In this document: positions 18,906 through 28,260 of the stretch, one piece after another
Numbering within the stretch: the stretch's first letter is position 1
Layout of the letters: every line of letters starts with the position of its first letter
Source of the DNA: a virus
IMG/VR virus record: IMGVR_UViG_3300034685_000230
Location: 25,472 to 89,471 of that record
Reading direction: 5' to 3' (one strand)
DNA length: 64,000 bases
The notes under the pieces: generated by a model
What the model was told of the DNA's origin: nothing
Seen by the model: the letters and a program-made list of their open reading frames with translations, nothing else
Databases searched by the model: none
Program-made: the position numbers and the translations under genes

Positions 18906-19199
18906 TTATAACTCCCTCATGTACAAGTCACCCACGAAGTCAAACTGAGTGCCGTACGGCCACTCGTCAGGATCGTCGTAGTCACTTTTTCTCTCCGTTA
19001 CCCTAAAGCTACTCTCCGCGACTACTACCGCTACAACAACGCCGCCCTCCGTAACCTCGTCTGGAATTCCGTCTGGGTCGTCTGAGTAGTCGTCAAGTAT
19101 GTTTTGAGCCATTCTCATCGCATCTTCCTTACTGTCGGCTAAGTACTTACAGTTGTTAAATTTATCGTAGACAATCCACCTAACTCTTTTGTCTTCCAT
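18906..19199 (-). CDS. hypothetical protein
   Basis: 97-aa ORF with AGGAG RBS. Confidence 0.65.
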   Translation of the reverse strand: MEDKRVRWIVYDKFNNCKYLADSKEDAMRMAQNILDDYSDDPDGIPDEVTEGGVVVAVVVAESSFRVTERKSDYDDPDEWPYGTQFDFVGDLYMREL

Positions 19200-19259
19200 C
19201 TTACTCTCCTTTTTACTTATAGTTAATATACACCAACAACTTATTATCTATGATCTTTT

Positions 19260-19419
19260 CATTCAGACTAAATGCTTGCAAAATATAAATTAATAATATA
19301 GAAATACTGAGTGTATCAGAGTACCTGTGGAACACAGGGAATTTACGCCTGTGGAGACTTCGGAAGTCTGTAGTCGCTGAAGCAGGAAGACTACAACTTT
19401 TAAGTTGTAGTTAGTTCAC
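19260..19419 (+). mobile_element. IS200/IS605 right-end remnant / TnpB omega-RNA-like scaffold
   Basis: GGAATTTACGCCTGTGGAG...GAAGCAGGAAG, terminal hairpin gactacaactt-tt-aagttgtagtt, ends TAGTTCAC; upstream codons RLNACKI resemble a decayed TnpB DxNAAxNI motif. Confidence 0.75.
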
Positions 19420-19439
19420 CAAAATCTCTTTATTTTTTC

Positions 19440-19691
19440 TTATCTTTCTTTTTTATTTCTTCTAACTTTGTATTCTTCATACTTAAGCTCTTTGATTACT
19501 TCCCACGTGGGTTCATCCTCGTTGTATACTTCGCACCACGTGTTAAAGATGTCCTTTAACAGGGCGCGACACTCTTGTTCAGAAAAATTGCCGGCTGAAC
19601 CAGCACTAACACAAACACTCATTATTTTGTCAAGTAGAAAATCTTTTTTTAAAACTAACTTTTTAAGTTCATCGACACTTAAATCCACCAT
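19440..19691 (-). CDS. hypothetical protein
   Basis: 83-aa ORF with AGGAGG RBS; has a decayed paralog at 20158-20383. Confidence 0.7.
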   Translation of the reverse strand: MVDLSVDELKKLVLKKDFLLDKIMSVCVSAGSAGNFSEQECRALLKDIFNTWCEVYNEDEPTWEVIKELKYEEYKVRRNKKER

Positions 19692-19745
19692 TACTTTATC
19701 CTCCTTTTACTTTGTATATATTTGAAACCTATTCCTAACTAAAAC

Positions 19746-20156
19746 CTAGTCTGTGAGTAATTTATCTTGGTTCTCCCTTACAGCCACTGCGGAGGCGTAG
19801 TCAGTCTCAAGCTGAGCGTAGTAATCAGCGTTAAAGCTAGTTATAAACTTGTATACTTCGATCTTACCCCTTTCCAAACCTTCCTGAATAATTCTAACAA
19901 ACTCTTTAATTGCTTCTACAATGTTACTTTGAGTGTCCTCCGAACAGGGAGTGTCAAACAAGACGCGAATTTTTACTTTTCTCTCTCCGGTTGGATGGTT
20001 TATTAGTATACCTGAATCATTCATTACAGAGTAGCTAAACATGCAATCAACGTCAATAGAACAGTCGTTAATGTCTTCTCGCTTTGAATTAACAAAGTCC
20101 CTAAACTCGCTTAGCTTCATGTGTATGAGTTCTTCACGCTTCGCTAAGTTAGTCAT
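19746..20156 (-). CDS. hypothetical protein
   Basis: 136-aa ORF with GAGG RBS. Confidence 0.65.
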   Translation of the reverse strand: MTNLAKREELIHMKLSEFRDFVNSKREDINDCSIDVDCMFSYSVMNDSGILINHPTGERKVKIRVLFDTPCSEDTQSNIVEAIKEFVRIIQEGLERGKIEVYKFITSFNADYYAQLETDYASAVAVRENQDKLLTD

Positions 20157-20157
20157 C

Positions 20158-20383
20158 TTACGCCTCTTCTTTTAATTTTCTAACTATTCTCCACACGGAG
20201 TCGTATTCTCTCTCTACTTCACACCACACCGCGTCAATGTCTTTTAATACAGCGCGACACTCATACTCAGGAAAACCGCTGCCAGTAGGACTAGCGTTTA
20301 ACGTGAACTGTTAGAATCTTATCTAACATGGAACCTAACTACAGTGTTACCTTTCTTAACTCCACAATATTCAAGTCAGACAC
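20158..20383 (-). pseudogene. decayed paralog of 19440..19691
   Basis: MSDLNIVELRKVTL*LGSMLDKILTVHV / ...FPEYECRAVLKDIDAVWCEV aligns with MVDLSVDELKKLVLKKDFLLDKIMSVCV...FSEQECRALLKDIFNTWCEV; in-frame stop and frameshifts. Confidence 0.8.
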
Positions 20384-20430
20384 TACACTACCTTTCTTCT
20401 TCTATTCTTCATTCCATTATTCACGTGTAT

Positions 20431-20460
20431 ATTATACCATACTGCTACTAAAAAGTAAAC
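20431..20460 (-). promoter_or_regulatory. T4-early-like promoter
   Basis: GTTTAC-18-TATAAT with TG extension. Confidence 0.65.
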
Positions 20461-20512
20461 AGGCCGACACTACAACGTGTGTCGACCTGTACAGTACTTA
20501 CTCAACAATCCT

Positions 20513-20737
20513 TTACGCGGTTTTAACTCGCTTTCTTCTATACCTTTCAGAACGGCTATTGGGTTTTAAATCAAACTGGCTACTCACCGGGGTTACCAAC
20601 AGCTGGTGATCCTCGGGGTCATACTTCATGAACACTACGTCACCGGGGTTGACCCTCAAGGATTTTAAAATACCCGGTGGTAGAATAATCCTATTCATCG
20701 AGTCAACCTTTGCCGTAGCTTCCATTAAAACGCCCAC
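20513..20737 (-). CDS. AbrB/MazE/SpoVT-type DNA-binding protein
   Basis: AKVDSMNRIILP...LRVNPGDVV motif. Confidence 0.8.
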   Translation of the reverse strand: MGVLMEATAKVDSMNRIILPPGILKSLRVNPGDVVFMKYDPEDHQLLVTPVSSQFDLKPNSRSERYRRKRVKTA

Positions 20738-20769
20738 CCCTCCACAGTTACTCGTGTGATAAATTATTT

Positions 20770-21090
20770 CTACTCACTAACAACTTCTACCTTTAACTTA
20801 CCCCCACTGTCTAACTCACCACTGCTATAATTTAAGTCATCCGTGTTTGAATTCTGTTCTAGCGCCGTAGACCTGTAGTAGTCTATTACTTTATTTATCT
20901 GTTCTTGAAACTCATCTTGGCTAATGTACTCCTTCTCTACTAGTAGCCTAGCCAACGCTTCTAACCTAACGACAACTTGAAACACCGACACCTCAGTCTC
21001 GCTAAGCTGTGACTCTAGCACTGCCACTTTCTTGCCCAGCTGTCCTACTCCCTTAGCTTGAGTCGAACCGTTCTTAGACCTACTTCCCAC
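20770..21090 (-). CDS. hypothetical protein
   Basis: 106-aa ORF with GGAGGG RBS. Confidence 0.6.
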   Translation of the reverse strand: MGSRSKNGSTQAKGVGQLGKKVAVLESQLSETEVSVFQVVVRLEALARLLVEKEYISQDEFQEQINKVIDYYRSTALEQNSNTDDLNYSSGELDSGGKLKVEVVSE

Positions 21091-21183
21091 ACTTATCCCT
21101 CCCTAAATTCTACACCACTCATATTGGACATAATGGACACTAACGGTAACTATAATGGACATAATGGACACCGCGCTACCTCA

Positions 21184-24100
21184 CTATATAGTGCACGTTG
21201 GGCACGAAGTACCAAAGTGCATAAACTCCTCGATAGACGGGCTCTCCTTAACCTCCTCACAGTCATCCTCTGCAAGCTTCCTGCTGTCGTACAGCGACAG
21301 GTAGTACTTGTTCAAGTCGGCGAGCATCTTGCTAGCCGCGTCTGGGATACTCTTAACAACGATCTCCTTTCCCCTTAAAGACTTGTAGAACCAAACCTCG
21401 GACCCAGCTATGTCGCTCAGCGTGCTGACTAAGTCCTCAATGTCTACTCCCGAGCGTAGGGCTAAGCTTATGACTCTACCCAGAGCCTCGGTTATGGACT
21501 TTAGGATACTCCCTGACTTACCTATCGAGATAAACGTTTCGAACATTCTCTTATCGTCGTCGAAGTTTGCCGTTATGTAGATTGAACCGTACGGGGAGCT
21601 ACACTTCGTGGTTACTCCCTGCACGAACTGCGGCCGCGGCCTGACCCTCCCCTTCTGACCCCCTGACTCATCCCTGTCTATCTTCTTAATCGGTTGCCCG
21701 CTACGCGAACCGTCCCTGTATATCGTGACTCCCTTGATACCGTTGTCGAAACAGTACTCGTAAATTTTTCTAACGTCATCGACGGTTGACTCACTCGGCA
21801 TGTTAACCGTCTTACTTATAGCGCTGTCGATGTACGGAGCGAAGACGGCAACCGCCCTAACGTGCTGCTCAGGCGTGATGTCGTGAGCCTTGACTAGCAA
21901 CCCCCTCGCCTTGTTCTCCTCGTTGTACAGCCGGTGGTAGTACGTTAGCTGCCGCCTCTCAGTGGGAGACACGACAACGTCTCTAGTCCACTCGTATGAA
22001 AAGTTAGGCTCGATTCCCGAGCTTGTGTTTAACAGTATCGATATCGTCCCGGTAGGTGCGATCGACAACCTTCTCGAGTTTCTCAAGCCACCCTTGCCCC
22101 TCTCAGTACTGAACACCGACTTAAACAACTCTAAGACAAGCTCGTCGCTTACAATGTAGCTTCGGTCGTTGTACACGCACGCCAGTGCGTTCTTAAAGGA
22201 CACGGGTAAGTCGGAGTTAGGGATAACTTCGCTTACTATACTGTCTATACTACTACTCGATATATCCGAGCCCCTCACAACCCTAGTTAGGTAGTTTCTC
22301 TCACCGCTCTCCTCGTCGAAGTGTGGGTAGGGTCCCTTCAACAAGGCTATGGCTGCGGATGCTATCAGGGAGTACTCGGCTAAAATTCTAGCAACACTCA
22401 GCGAGAACTCCTCGAACTCCCTCGAACCGTACTTAATCCCCATCATAATGCACGCGTCTGCCAACCCCATGATACCCAGTCCGACCGGGCGAATGTCCTT
22501 AGTATTCTTCTCTATCTTCTTCAGCGGGTAGTTTGTTACGTCAATAACTAAGTCTAGGTAGTACACCGACCGCAAGACCTGGTCCTTAAACTCCTTGTAG
22601 TTGAAGCTACGGTTCTCGTCTACGAACTCAGCTAGGTTGATCGACCCAAGGTTGCAGCTAGAGTCGTTAGGCAGCGGCTGCTCACCGCACTGCAGGCTGT
22701 TGACAAAGTACAGCTCCGAGTCGGTGCTGGTAGGTAGTACCGTGCAGATGTTGTGGTACTCGTCTACGGTACCGTTGTAGACCGTTTCCTTACCTATGTA
22801 GCTTATGCTTATAATCCTATTGTTGTAGTGCTGGGACGGTTTTCTCACCCTACCGTAGTCTTCCAACGGTAGCGGTTCCTCTAAAAGCTTAGCTTGTGCT
22901 TCACCCTTACTGTATTTACTAATTGATTCTTTTTTTTCTAATTGTTTATTTAGCTTAGCATTTAAATCTATACGACGTTTAGAAAATCGTTCTTGAATTT
23001 CTTTTCTTTTATCAGCTATTAGTTGTCTTCTTTCTTCACGTGTAGTACTACTGTTAGTTTTAAGAACGGCTAGTTTATGCCCACACTCCGAAGAACATGC
23101 GGAAATTTCTCTTCTATTAAAGGGAACGGTAAACTTTTTACCACAAACTTCACAGTATTTTTCTACGTAAATACTATTCTCGTTAATAAAACATTTTAAA
23201 TCAGTGTACTGCTGGCATACTTCTAACTTTTTAGCCAACCTGTCCTGTAAATACCTATCACGTAGATTACTTATTTCTCTTTTAATATTGTCAACCACTG
23301 TATTATTATCAATATTAGTATATTTTTGTCTAAGTTCTGAACTTTGATTAAAATTACTCTTAATGGCTTCTCTTGTTTTTTCCTGAATTTCTAACCTATT
23401 CAACTCCACATCATGTAAAATTTTGCTCCCTACCCACAAGCTGTCGCCTGCGCGCAGCTCTGAAACCTCCTTGTACTCACCGCTCTCCGTCTTAAACTTG
23501 TGGTCCCCGGTTGCTTTGATAACGGAGCCGTCAAACAGTTTGATTTCATAAACATCCTTATCGTAGCCGGTAACCCTCGGGTTTCGCATTGTCTTGACAA
23601 CGATATGGTTGTCGCTGTTCAAGCAGTATACCGGTACGTCCTTACCCTCCTCGGCTAGCTGCTTAAACGCTACGGCGTTTCTACCGTCGGCTGTCGCTAC
23701 TAGGGTGTCACCCGTCAAGCACGGGTTTGTAGCCTCAATACGATACCTCCCGTCACTCTTGAGCAAGTTGTCCCGGTTTGCCGTGTCGATAAAGAATAAC
23801 CCAGGGTCTCCGTTCTTATGCGCGTTTTGACAGATCTTGTCCCACAGATTTCTCGCCTTAACGGTCTTTACCACGCGGCCTGAAGCTGGAGACACTAGGT
23901 CGTACACGCCGTCGCTTCTCAAAGCCTCCATAAACTTGTCGTCCACGGCTACGGAGATGTTGAAGTAGTTTAGGTTACCGTCGCTTTCCTTACATGAGAC
24001 AAACTCCTCGATGTCCGGGTGGTGCACGTTAAGGATTCCCATCAGCGCCGCGCGCCTCTTTCCACCCTGAACTACACTCGAACCCATCGCGTTCCAGTTG

Positions 24101-24753
24101 TGCATGAAGGAGACCGGACCCGAAGCCCTGCCGCCGCAGCCGCCGGCTATCAGCGCTCCCTTCTCTCTCAAGTTTCCAAAGTTAGCACCGACCCCGCCGC
24201 CAAACTTTGAAATTATCGCAGCGTTCTTAACGCTGTCGAATATCCCCTCGATCGAGTCAGGAACCTCAATGGTAAAGCACGCGAACATCATCTGGTTCTT
24301 ACTGTAATTCTTAGAAATCTTTTCATACGTGTCTCTTATCTCTTCGTAATTCTCTCTAGCAAGTGTCTTGTAGAGGTACTTACTCAGCGCTTTGTTTGAG
24401 CTGATTCCAACGCCGGCCGAAAACAAAGTTGGGGAGTTAAACAAAAACCTGTGACTCATCATGTCGTTGTATATACTGTTCTCTATGTTTAGCACGTACT
24501 CTAAGTCCTCGTCAGGCATGCCTTCCCTGTACTCCCCGGCAGCGACAACCCTCGCGACTCTCCGGCACAGCTGGGAGTAGTTACTCTCCCTTTGCCCGTC
24601 GGGTAAGTCCATGAAATACCTTAGCTTCAAAACTTCCTGAGCGTTCTCGTCAACCTCTTTGTTCATGGTTACTAGCGGTGATGGCTGCGCAAACACCCTC
24701 TCCCTGTACAGCTTGCTTAAGGAAGCACTGTCCGTAGGCAACGTATACTTCAC
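21184..24753 (-). CDS. nrdJ: class II (B12-dependent) ribonucleotide reductase with intein
   Basis: FLFNSPTL, GGGVG, QGGKRRAALM, NP[intein]CGE, CNLGSINL, IAPTGTIS, SKTVN, YRDGSR; C-terminal TSCPD-like domain. Confidence 0.93.
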   Translation of the reverse strand: MKYTLPTDSASLSKLYRERVFAQPSPLVTMNKEVDENAQEVLKLRYFMDLPDGQRESNYSQLCRRVARVVAAGEYREGMPDEDLEYVLNIENSIYNDMMSHRFLFNSPTLFSAGVGISSNKALSKYLYKTLARENYEEIRDTYEKISKNYSKNQMMFACFTIEVPDSIEGIFDSVKNAAIISKFGGGVGANFGNLREKGALIAGGCGGRASGPVSFMHNWNAMGSSVVQGGKRRAALMGILNVHHPDIEEFVSCKESDGNLNYFNISVAVDDKFMEALRSDGVYDLVSPASGRVVKTVKARNLWDKICQNAHKNGDPGLFFIDTANRDNLLKSDGRYRIEATNPCLTGDTLVATADGRNAVAFKQLAEEGKDVPVYCLNSDNHIVVKTMRNPRVTGYDKDVYEIKLFDGSVIKATGDHKFKTESGEYKEVSELRAGDSLWVGSKILHDVELNRLEIQEKTREAIKSNFNQSSELRQKYTNIDNNTVVDNIKREISNLRDRYLQDRLAKKLEVCQQYTDLKCFINENSIYVEKYCEVCGKKFTVPFNRREISACSSECGHKLAVLKTNSSTTREERRQLIADKRKEIQERFSKRRIDLNAKLNKQLEKKESISKYSKGEAQAKLLEEPLPLEDYGRVRKPSQHYNNRIISISYIGKETVYNGTVDEYHNICTVLPTSTDSELYFVNSLQCGEQPLPNDSSCNLGSINLAEFVDENRSFNYKEFKDQVLRSVYYLDLVIDVTNYPLKKIEKNTKDIRPVGLGIMGLADACIMMGIKYGSREFEEFSLSVARILAEYSLIASAAIALLKGPYPHFDEESGERNYLTRVVRGSDISSSSIDSIVSEVIPNSDLPVSFKNALACVYNDRSYIVSDELVLELFKSVFSTERGKGGLRNSRRLSIAPTGTISILLNTSSGIEPNFSYEWTRDVVVSPTERRQLTYYHRLYNEENKARGLLVKAHDITPEQHVRAVAVFAPYIDSAISKTVNMPSESTVDDVRKIYEYCFDNGIKGVTIYRDGSRSGQPIKKIDRDESGGQKGRVRPRPQFVQGVTTKCSSPYGSIYITANFDDDKRMFETFISIGKSGSILKSITEALGRVISLALRSGVDIEDLVSTLSDIAGSEVWFYKSLRGKEIVVKSIPDAASKMLADLNKYYLSLYDSRKLAEDDCEEVKESPSIEEFMHFGTSCPTCTI
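22690..23721 (-). mobile_element. intein (344 aa) in the RNR active-site motif, Cys start and Gln end
   Basis: TNP|CLTGDTLV...ATGDHKF...VYNGTVDEYHN...FVNSLQ|CGEQPL. Confidence 0.92.
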
Positions 24754-24834
24754 TCCTTAAAAGTTTAATGTTTCAAGCGCTGTTAATTCTAAAATTAAAC
24801 TAAACCACACAAACCTACGATCGGAGTTGGTTAA

Positions 24835-25452
24835 GTGGTAACAGAGTTTAACTTTATCAAGAACCTTGAAAAAAACTACGACCTGCACCCGGTCGTCTGC
24901 TACTACTGCGGAAAACCCCTCCCCTTCAAAAAGTTTTACAAACAGCAAGATGTACCAAAAAAGTTTTGTAGTAAAAAATGTAAGAATTCCTACATTGAAG
25001 AAACACGCGATATCGTAGAAACAACCGAAGAGTTCTCCTCTCAAACCGAAAGAGCCATCTATACCTTCCTAACTATGCAGTACCCCAACTACATAGTAAG
25101 ACACAACTTGAGGGACGTGTACCCACCCTACGAGATAGACATGTGCGTTGAAACTAATAAATTTCCCATTTATCTAGAGTACAACGGGACGTTCCATCAG
25201 CCTAACTCTCGTAAGAAACAGCTAAATGACAAGATAAAAAAAGACGAACTCTGCGTTCGAAGACAGCTAAAGCTAGTTCGCTTGTGGAGCGAAATCGGAA
25301 TCTACTCTAGACCCTCTGTGTTTAATGAAGCTCTTAAAAAACTAAAGGAAGAAATTGATACACTCATTAAGAATAATATAAGCGGCGGTAAGTGTATAGA
25401 GATAGTTGTCGACAAGAATGAAGAGTTTCATAGATACACCGAAGAGTTTTAG
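24835..25452 (+). CDS. Zn finger plus Vsr/DUF559-like free-standing endonuclease
   Basis: CYYCG...FCSKKC; SQTE...YEIDM...LEYNGTFH...DKIK. Confidence 0.65.
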   Translation: MVTEFNFIKNLEKNYDLHPVVCYYCGKPLPFKKFYKQQDVPKKFCSKKCKNSYIEETRDIVETTEEFSSQTERAIYTFLTMQYPNYIVRHNLRDVYPPYEIDMCVETNKFPIYLEYNGTFHQPNSRKKQLNDKIKKDELCVRRQLKLVRLWSEIGIYSRPSVFNEALKKLKEEIDTLIKNNISGGKCIEIVVDKNEEFHRYTEEF

Positions 25453-25465
25453 AATTTAAGTTAAC

Positions 25466-25933
25466 TTAACCTACAGGTACACTATTCTTCTTAGCTTGCT
25501 CCTCTACATATTTCTTACCCTTTCGAATAGCTACTACTCCCCACCTCGCGTCCCTGTAGTCAATCCACCAGGACGCTCTGGTTTCCTTTAGTAGCTCTGT
25601 AAGACCCAGCCTTGCTAAAAATTCCTCCTGCGTAGACTTTTCTTCAGGGTTGAGTTTGTAAACTTCCAACTGCTTCTCTATTGCTTTTATCGCTTCCATC
25701 CTGATCTTAAGCGCCCAGTCGACTTGCTTTTTGCTCCCCGTTAGTTCGGGGAGTTTCATCTCCCTACTCTTTTCCTTAGCTTCCTCTAGTTCTTTCTCAC
25801 GCTTCTCGGCCTTACACCCGTCGCACAACCAGTAGTAGTGCTCCACCTTGTAGTTCCTATCCTTCATCTTACCGTACAGCTGTACTTCAAACTCTTTCCT
25901 ACACTCGCGGCACTCAACCTTTGTCCACGCCAT
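25466..25933 (-). CDS. hypothetical phage protein
   Basis: Zn-ribbon N-terminus; LPELTGSKKQVDWA motif. Confidence 0.7.
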   Translation of the reverse strand: MAWTKVECRECRKEFEVQLYGKMKDRNYKVEHYYWLCDGCKAEKREKELEEAKEKSREMKLPELTGSKKQVDWALKIRMEAIKAIEKQLEVYKLNPEEKSTQEEFLARLGLTELLKETRASWWIDYRDARWGVVAIRKGKKYVEEQAKKNSVPVG

Positions 25934-25981
25934 TCCAAATCTCCTCCATTCAGTTTATACACTACCATTTATTGCAACAGC

Positions 25982-26866
25982 TTACTCGTAATTCCTTATC
26001 ACTACTTCATCAACTTCCCTGTACTTTCCATAGGCTAAATTAATTGATCTTCTAGCTCGAACCATGGTAATGTTGTAAGCTGAGTACTGTTCCCTTATAA
26101 AATCCGTCGCAGAGTTTGAGAGCATAAACTTAATCCCTCTTTTGTTTAAATTATCACAAGACTCACGTAACCTTACCTGATCATCTCGAGTAAACCCACC
26201 CGTTGAGTACCCCGTGAAGTAGGACGCGTTCGAACCACGGTCGTACGGCGGGTCAAGGTAGACAAACGTGTCTTTAGGTAGTAACTCTAGAACTTCTGCA
26301 AAATCAGTGGAGGTTAAGTAAATCACCGCTTTGTTAAAGTAAGTACTCACCGCGCGCAGTGCGGGAGCGTTTACAATGTTAGGGTTACGGTAGTTAGCAA
26401 AGGAAGCGTTAAACTCACCGGCGCTGTTAACCCTGTACAAACCGTTGTAGCAGGTCTTGTTGAGGTAAATCATGCGGGCAGCTCTTTGCACGTCTGATAG
26501 AGTAGAGTACCTCACTTTATCCCTATCCCAATCTCTGACAGAATAAAAACAATCAGCATCGTTCTTAAACTCTTGCAAAACTTTAATTAGAGATTCTACG
26601 TCTTCTTTTATAACCTTGTACGCGTTGATTAAATCAGCGTTTATATCGTTAACATACGCTACACTAGGCTGTAAGGCAAAAAGCAGCGCCCCACCGCCGA
26701 CAAACGGCTCACAGTATGTAGTAACACGCTGCGGAAGAAGGGGTGTTAGAGTGTTTAACAACCGCTGCTTACCACCAAGCCACTTTAAAACGGGAGCGAC
26801 TAACTTACTTTTATCCGCTGCAACCTTCTTCTCCATAATTGTATACTTCACACGGTTAATTAACAA
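25982..26866 (-). CDS. dam: Dam-family DNA adenine methyltransferase
   Basis: KWLGGK, EPFVGGGA, NKTCYNGLYRVN, YLDPPY, MLSNS. Confidence 0.9.
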   Translation of the reverse strand: MLINRVKYTIMEKKVAADKSKLVAPVLKWLGGKQRLLNTLTPLLPQRVTTYCEPFVGGGALLFALQPSVAYVNDINADLINAYKVIKEDVESLIKVLQEFKNDADCFYSVRDWDRDKVRYSTLSDVQRAARMIYLNKTCYNGLYRVNSAGEFNASFANYRNPNIVNAPALRAVSTYFNKAVIYLTSTDFAEVLELLPKDTFVYLDPPYDRGSNASYFTGYSTGGFTRDDQVRLRESCDNLNKRGIKFMLSNSATDFIREQYSAYNITMVRARRSINLAYGKYREVDEVVIRNYE

Positions 26867-27012
26867 TATTATTAATATAGCTAGTTACTATCTGTGTACA
26901 CGTACACCTAACATAAAACTGTATCACTTTAAGCCAAAACACCGCCAAGCGTACGCGGTAGAGTAAGTATCCTTTCGTTAACACGTGTATTTCCCCTCTC
27001 TACCAGTTAGAC

Positions 27013-27663
27013 TCAGTCTATAATGTAGAGAACATTCATAAACAAGTCAGTTACGTTGTCTAAATCCACACCGCTATCTAACGTGTCTCTAACGCTCAGA
27101 ATAGGAAAGTATAACAGCATAGCGTTCTTAACGGTGTTTCCAGCCGTTAGTCGAGACACACCCGCTAGGGATCCATATACGTCCCCCGCTTCAACGTTAC
27201 CTACCGTTTTAACTAGTGTAGAAATTGTTTGTACGCTCGGCAACCAGTTGTTAGACTTACTGTTAGTGTTAGAAGGTTTAAGCGTGTCAGTAATTCTATC
27301 TGCAGCCTTGTCAGTCAACTGCAGGTACAAGCTGTCGCCAAAGTCGTTGTCTAACAGCCTGTAGAAGTAAGCGTGAACCTCTCCGACACCAGCTAGTACC
27401 TCATACTTATGCGTGTACACACCTACCCGGTGCATTGAACTGCCAACCAGAGTTAACTCACTGTAGTCATTTCTATGTAAAGCCGCGTACGCTATATATG
27501 TAGTAAACTCTCTTACATTTTTAATGTAATACTGAACGTTTGGCTCACTCTTACTGAATACATAGCCGGTGTTGTCACCCTGGTCTACGTACGCGACACC
27601 GGCGTACGCTACGCCTGTAAACACTAGTAAAAAACACGCTAGCAGTATGAAAAATTTTTTCAT
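27013..27663 (-). CDS. exported protein, paralog of 27743..28189
   Basis: Signal peptide MKKFFILL...AYA; shared VDxGxNxGY...YYIK...KYE(V/I)L motif. Confidence 0.7.
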   Translation of the reverse strand: MKKFFILLACFLLVFTGVAYAGVAYVDQGDNTGYVFSKSEPNVQYYIKNVREFTTYIAYAALHRNDYSELTLVGSSMHRVGVYTHKYEVLAGVGEVHAYFYRLLDNDFGDSLYLQLTDKAADRITDTLKPSNTNSKSNNWLPSVQTISTLVKTVGNVEAGDVYGSLAGVSRLTAGNTVKNAMLLYFPILSVRDTLDSGVDLDNVTDLFMNVLYIID

Positions 27664-27710
27664 AACTCTTACCTCCCCTTCGAACACTGAGCTAACCCAC
27701 ACCTACTAGA

Positions 27711-27740
27711 ATTATAACACACACCGCTGCGAGTGTACAC
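27711..27740 (-). promoter_or_regulatory. early-type promoter
   Basis: GTGTAC-18-TATAAT with TG. Confidence 0.55.
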
Positions 27741-27742
27741 CG

Positions 27743-28189
27743 TTAGAATTCAATCATTTCGGTAAACCCGTCTTCAGGAACCTCGGGTAGGCCGTGCTCC
27801 TCTATGTAGTCCTCAATAATCTTAATGTCGTTCGCGGACAGTACCATGTCTTGCTCAAACAAGTATCCGTCACCCATAGGGCGGTAAAGCTGTATGACAA
27901 CCAACCCCTCACCGCACAAAATCTCGTACTTATACAAGTGTTTTCCTATATAATACGCCTGGTCTGTTACGTAAATAAAGTGATCATGCTCATTTCTAAG
28001 CGCTACTGCATACACAACATATACATAAAATTTATACAAGTCTTTAATGTAATACCTAGCGTTTGGATTATCCTCGTCGTATAAGTAGCCGAAGTTGTTT
28101 CCCTCGTCTACTAGTGCAAGGTCGGCAAACACCGGCGTTGCAAACGCTACTAACAACAAGCAAATTACGAGAGTCAGTACTTTTTTCAT
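27743..28189 (-). CDS. exported protein, paralog of 27013..27663
   Basis: Signal peptide MKKVLTL...VFA. Confidence 0.7.
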   Translation of the reverse strand: MKKVLTLVICLLLVAFATPVFADLALVDEGNNFGYLYDEDNPNARYYIKDLYKFYVYVVYAVALRNEHDHFIYVTDQAYYIGKHLYKYEILCGEGLVVIQLYRPMGDGYLFEQDMVLSANDIKIIEDYIEEHGLPEVPEDGFTEMIEF

Positions 28190-28225
28190 ACCTATCTCCT
28201 CCTATAATCAATTTAAGTTTATTTA

Positions 28226-28255
28226 ATTATAATACACTGTATGTAATTTGTAAAC
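28226..28255 (-). promoter_or_regulatory. T4-early-like promoter
   Basis: GTTTAC-18-TATAAT. Confidence 0.6.
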
Positions 28256-28260
28256 TAGTA

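Noticed and set aside
21184-21190. Stop-codon reassignment
   Set aside because: Long conserved genes are intact under the standard code and end in TAA, TAG and TGA.
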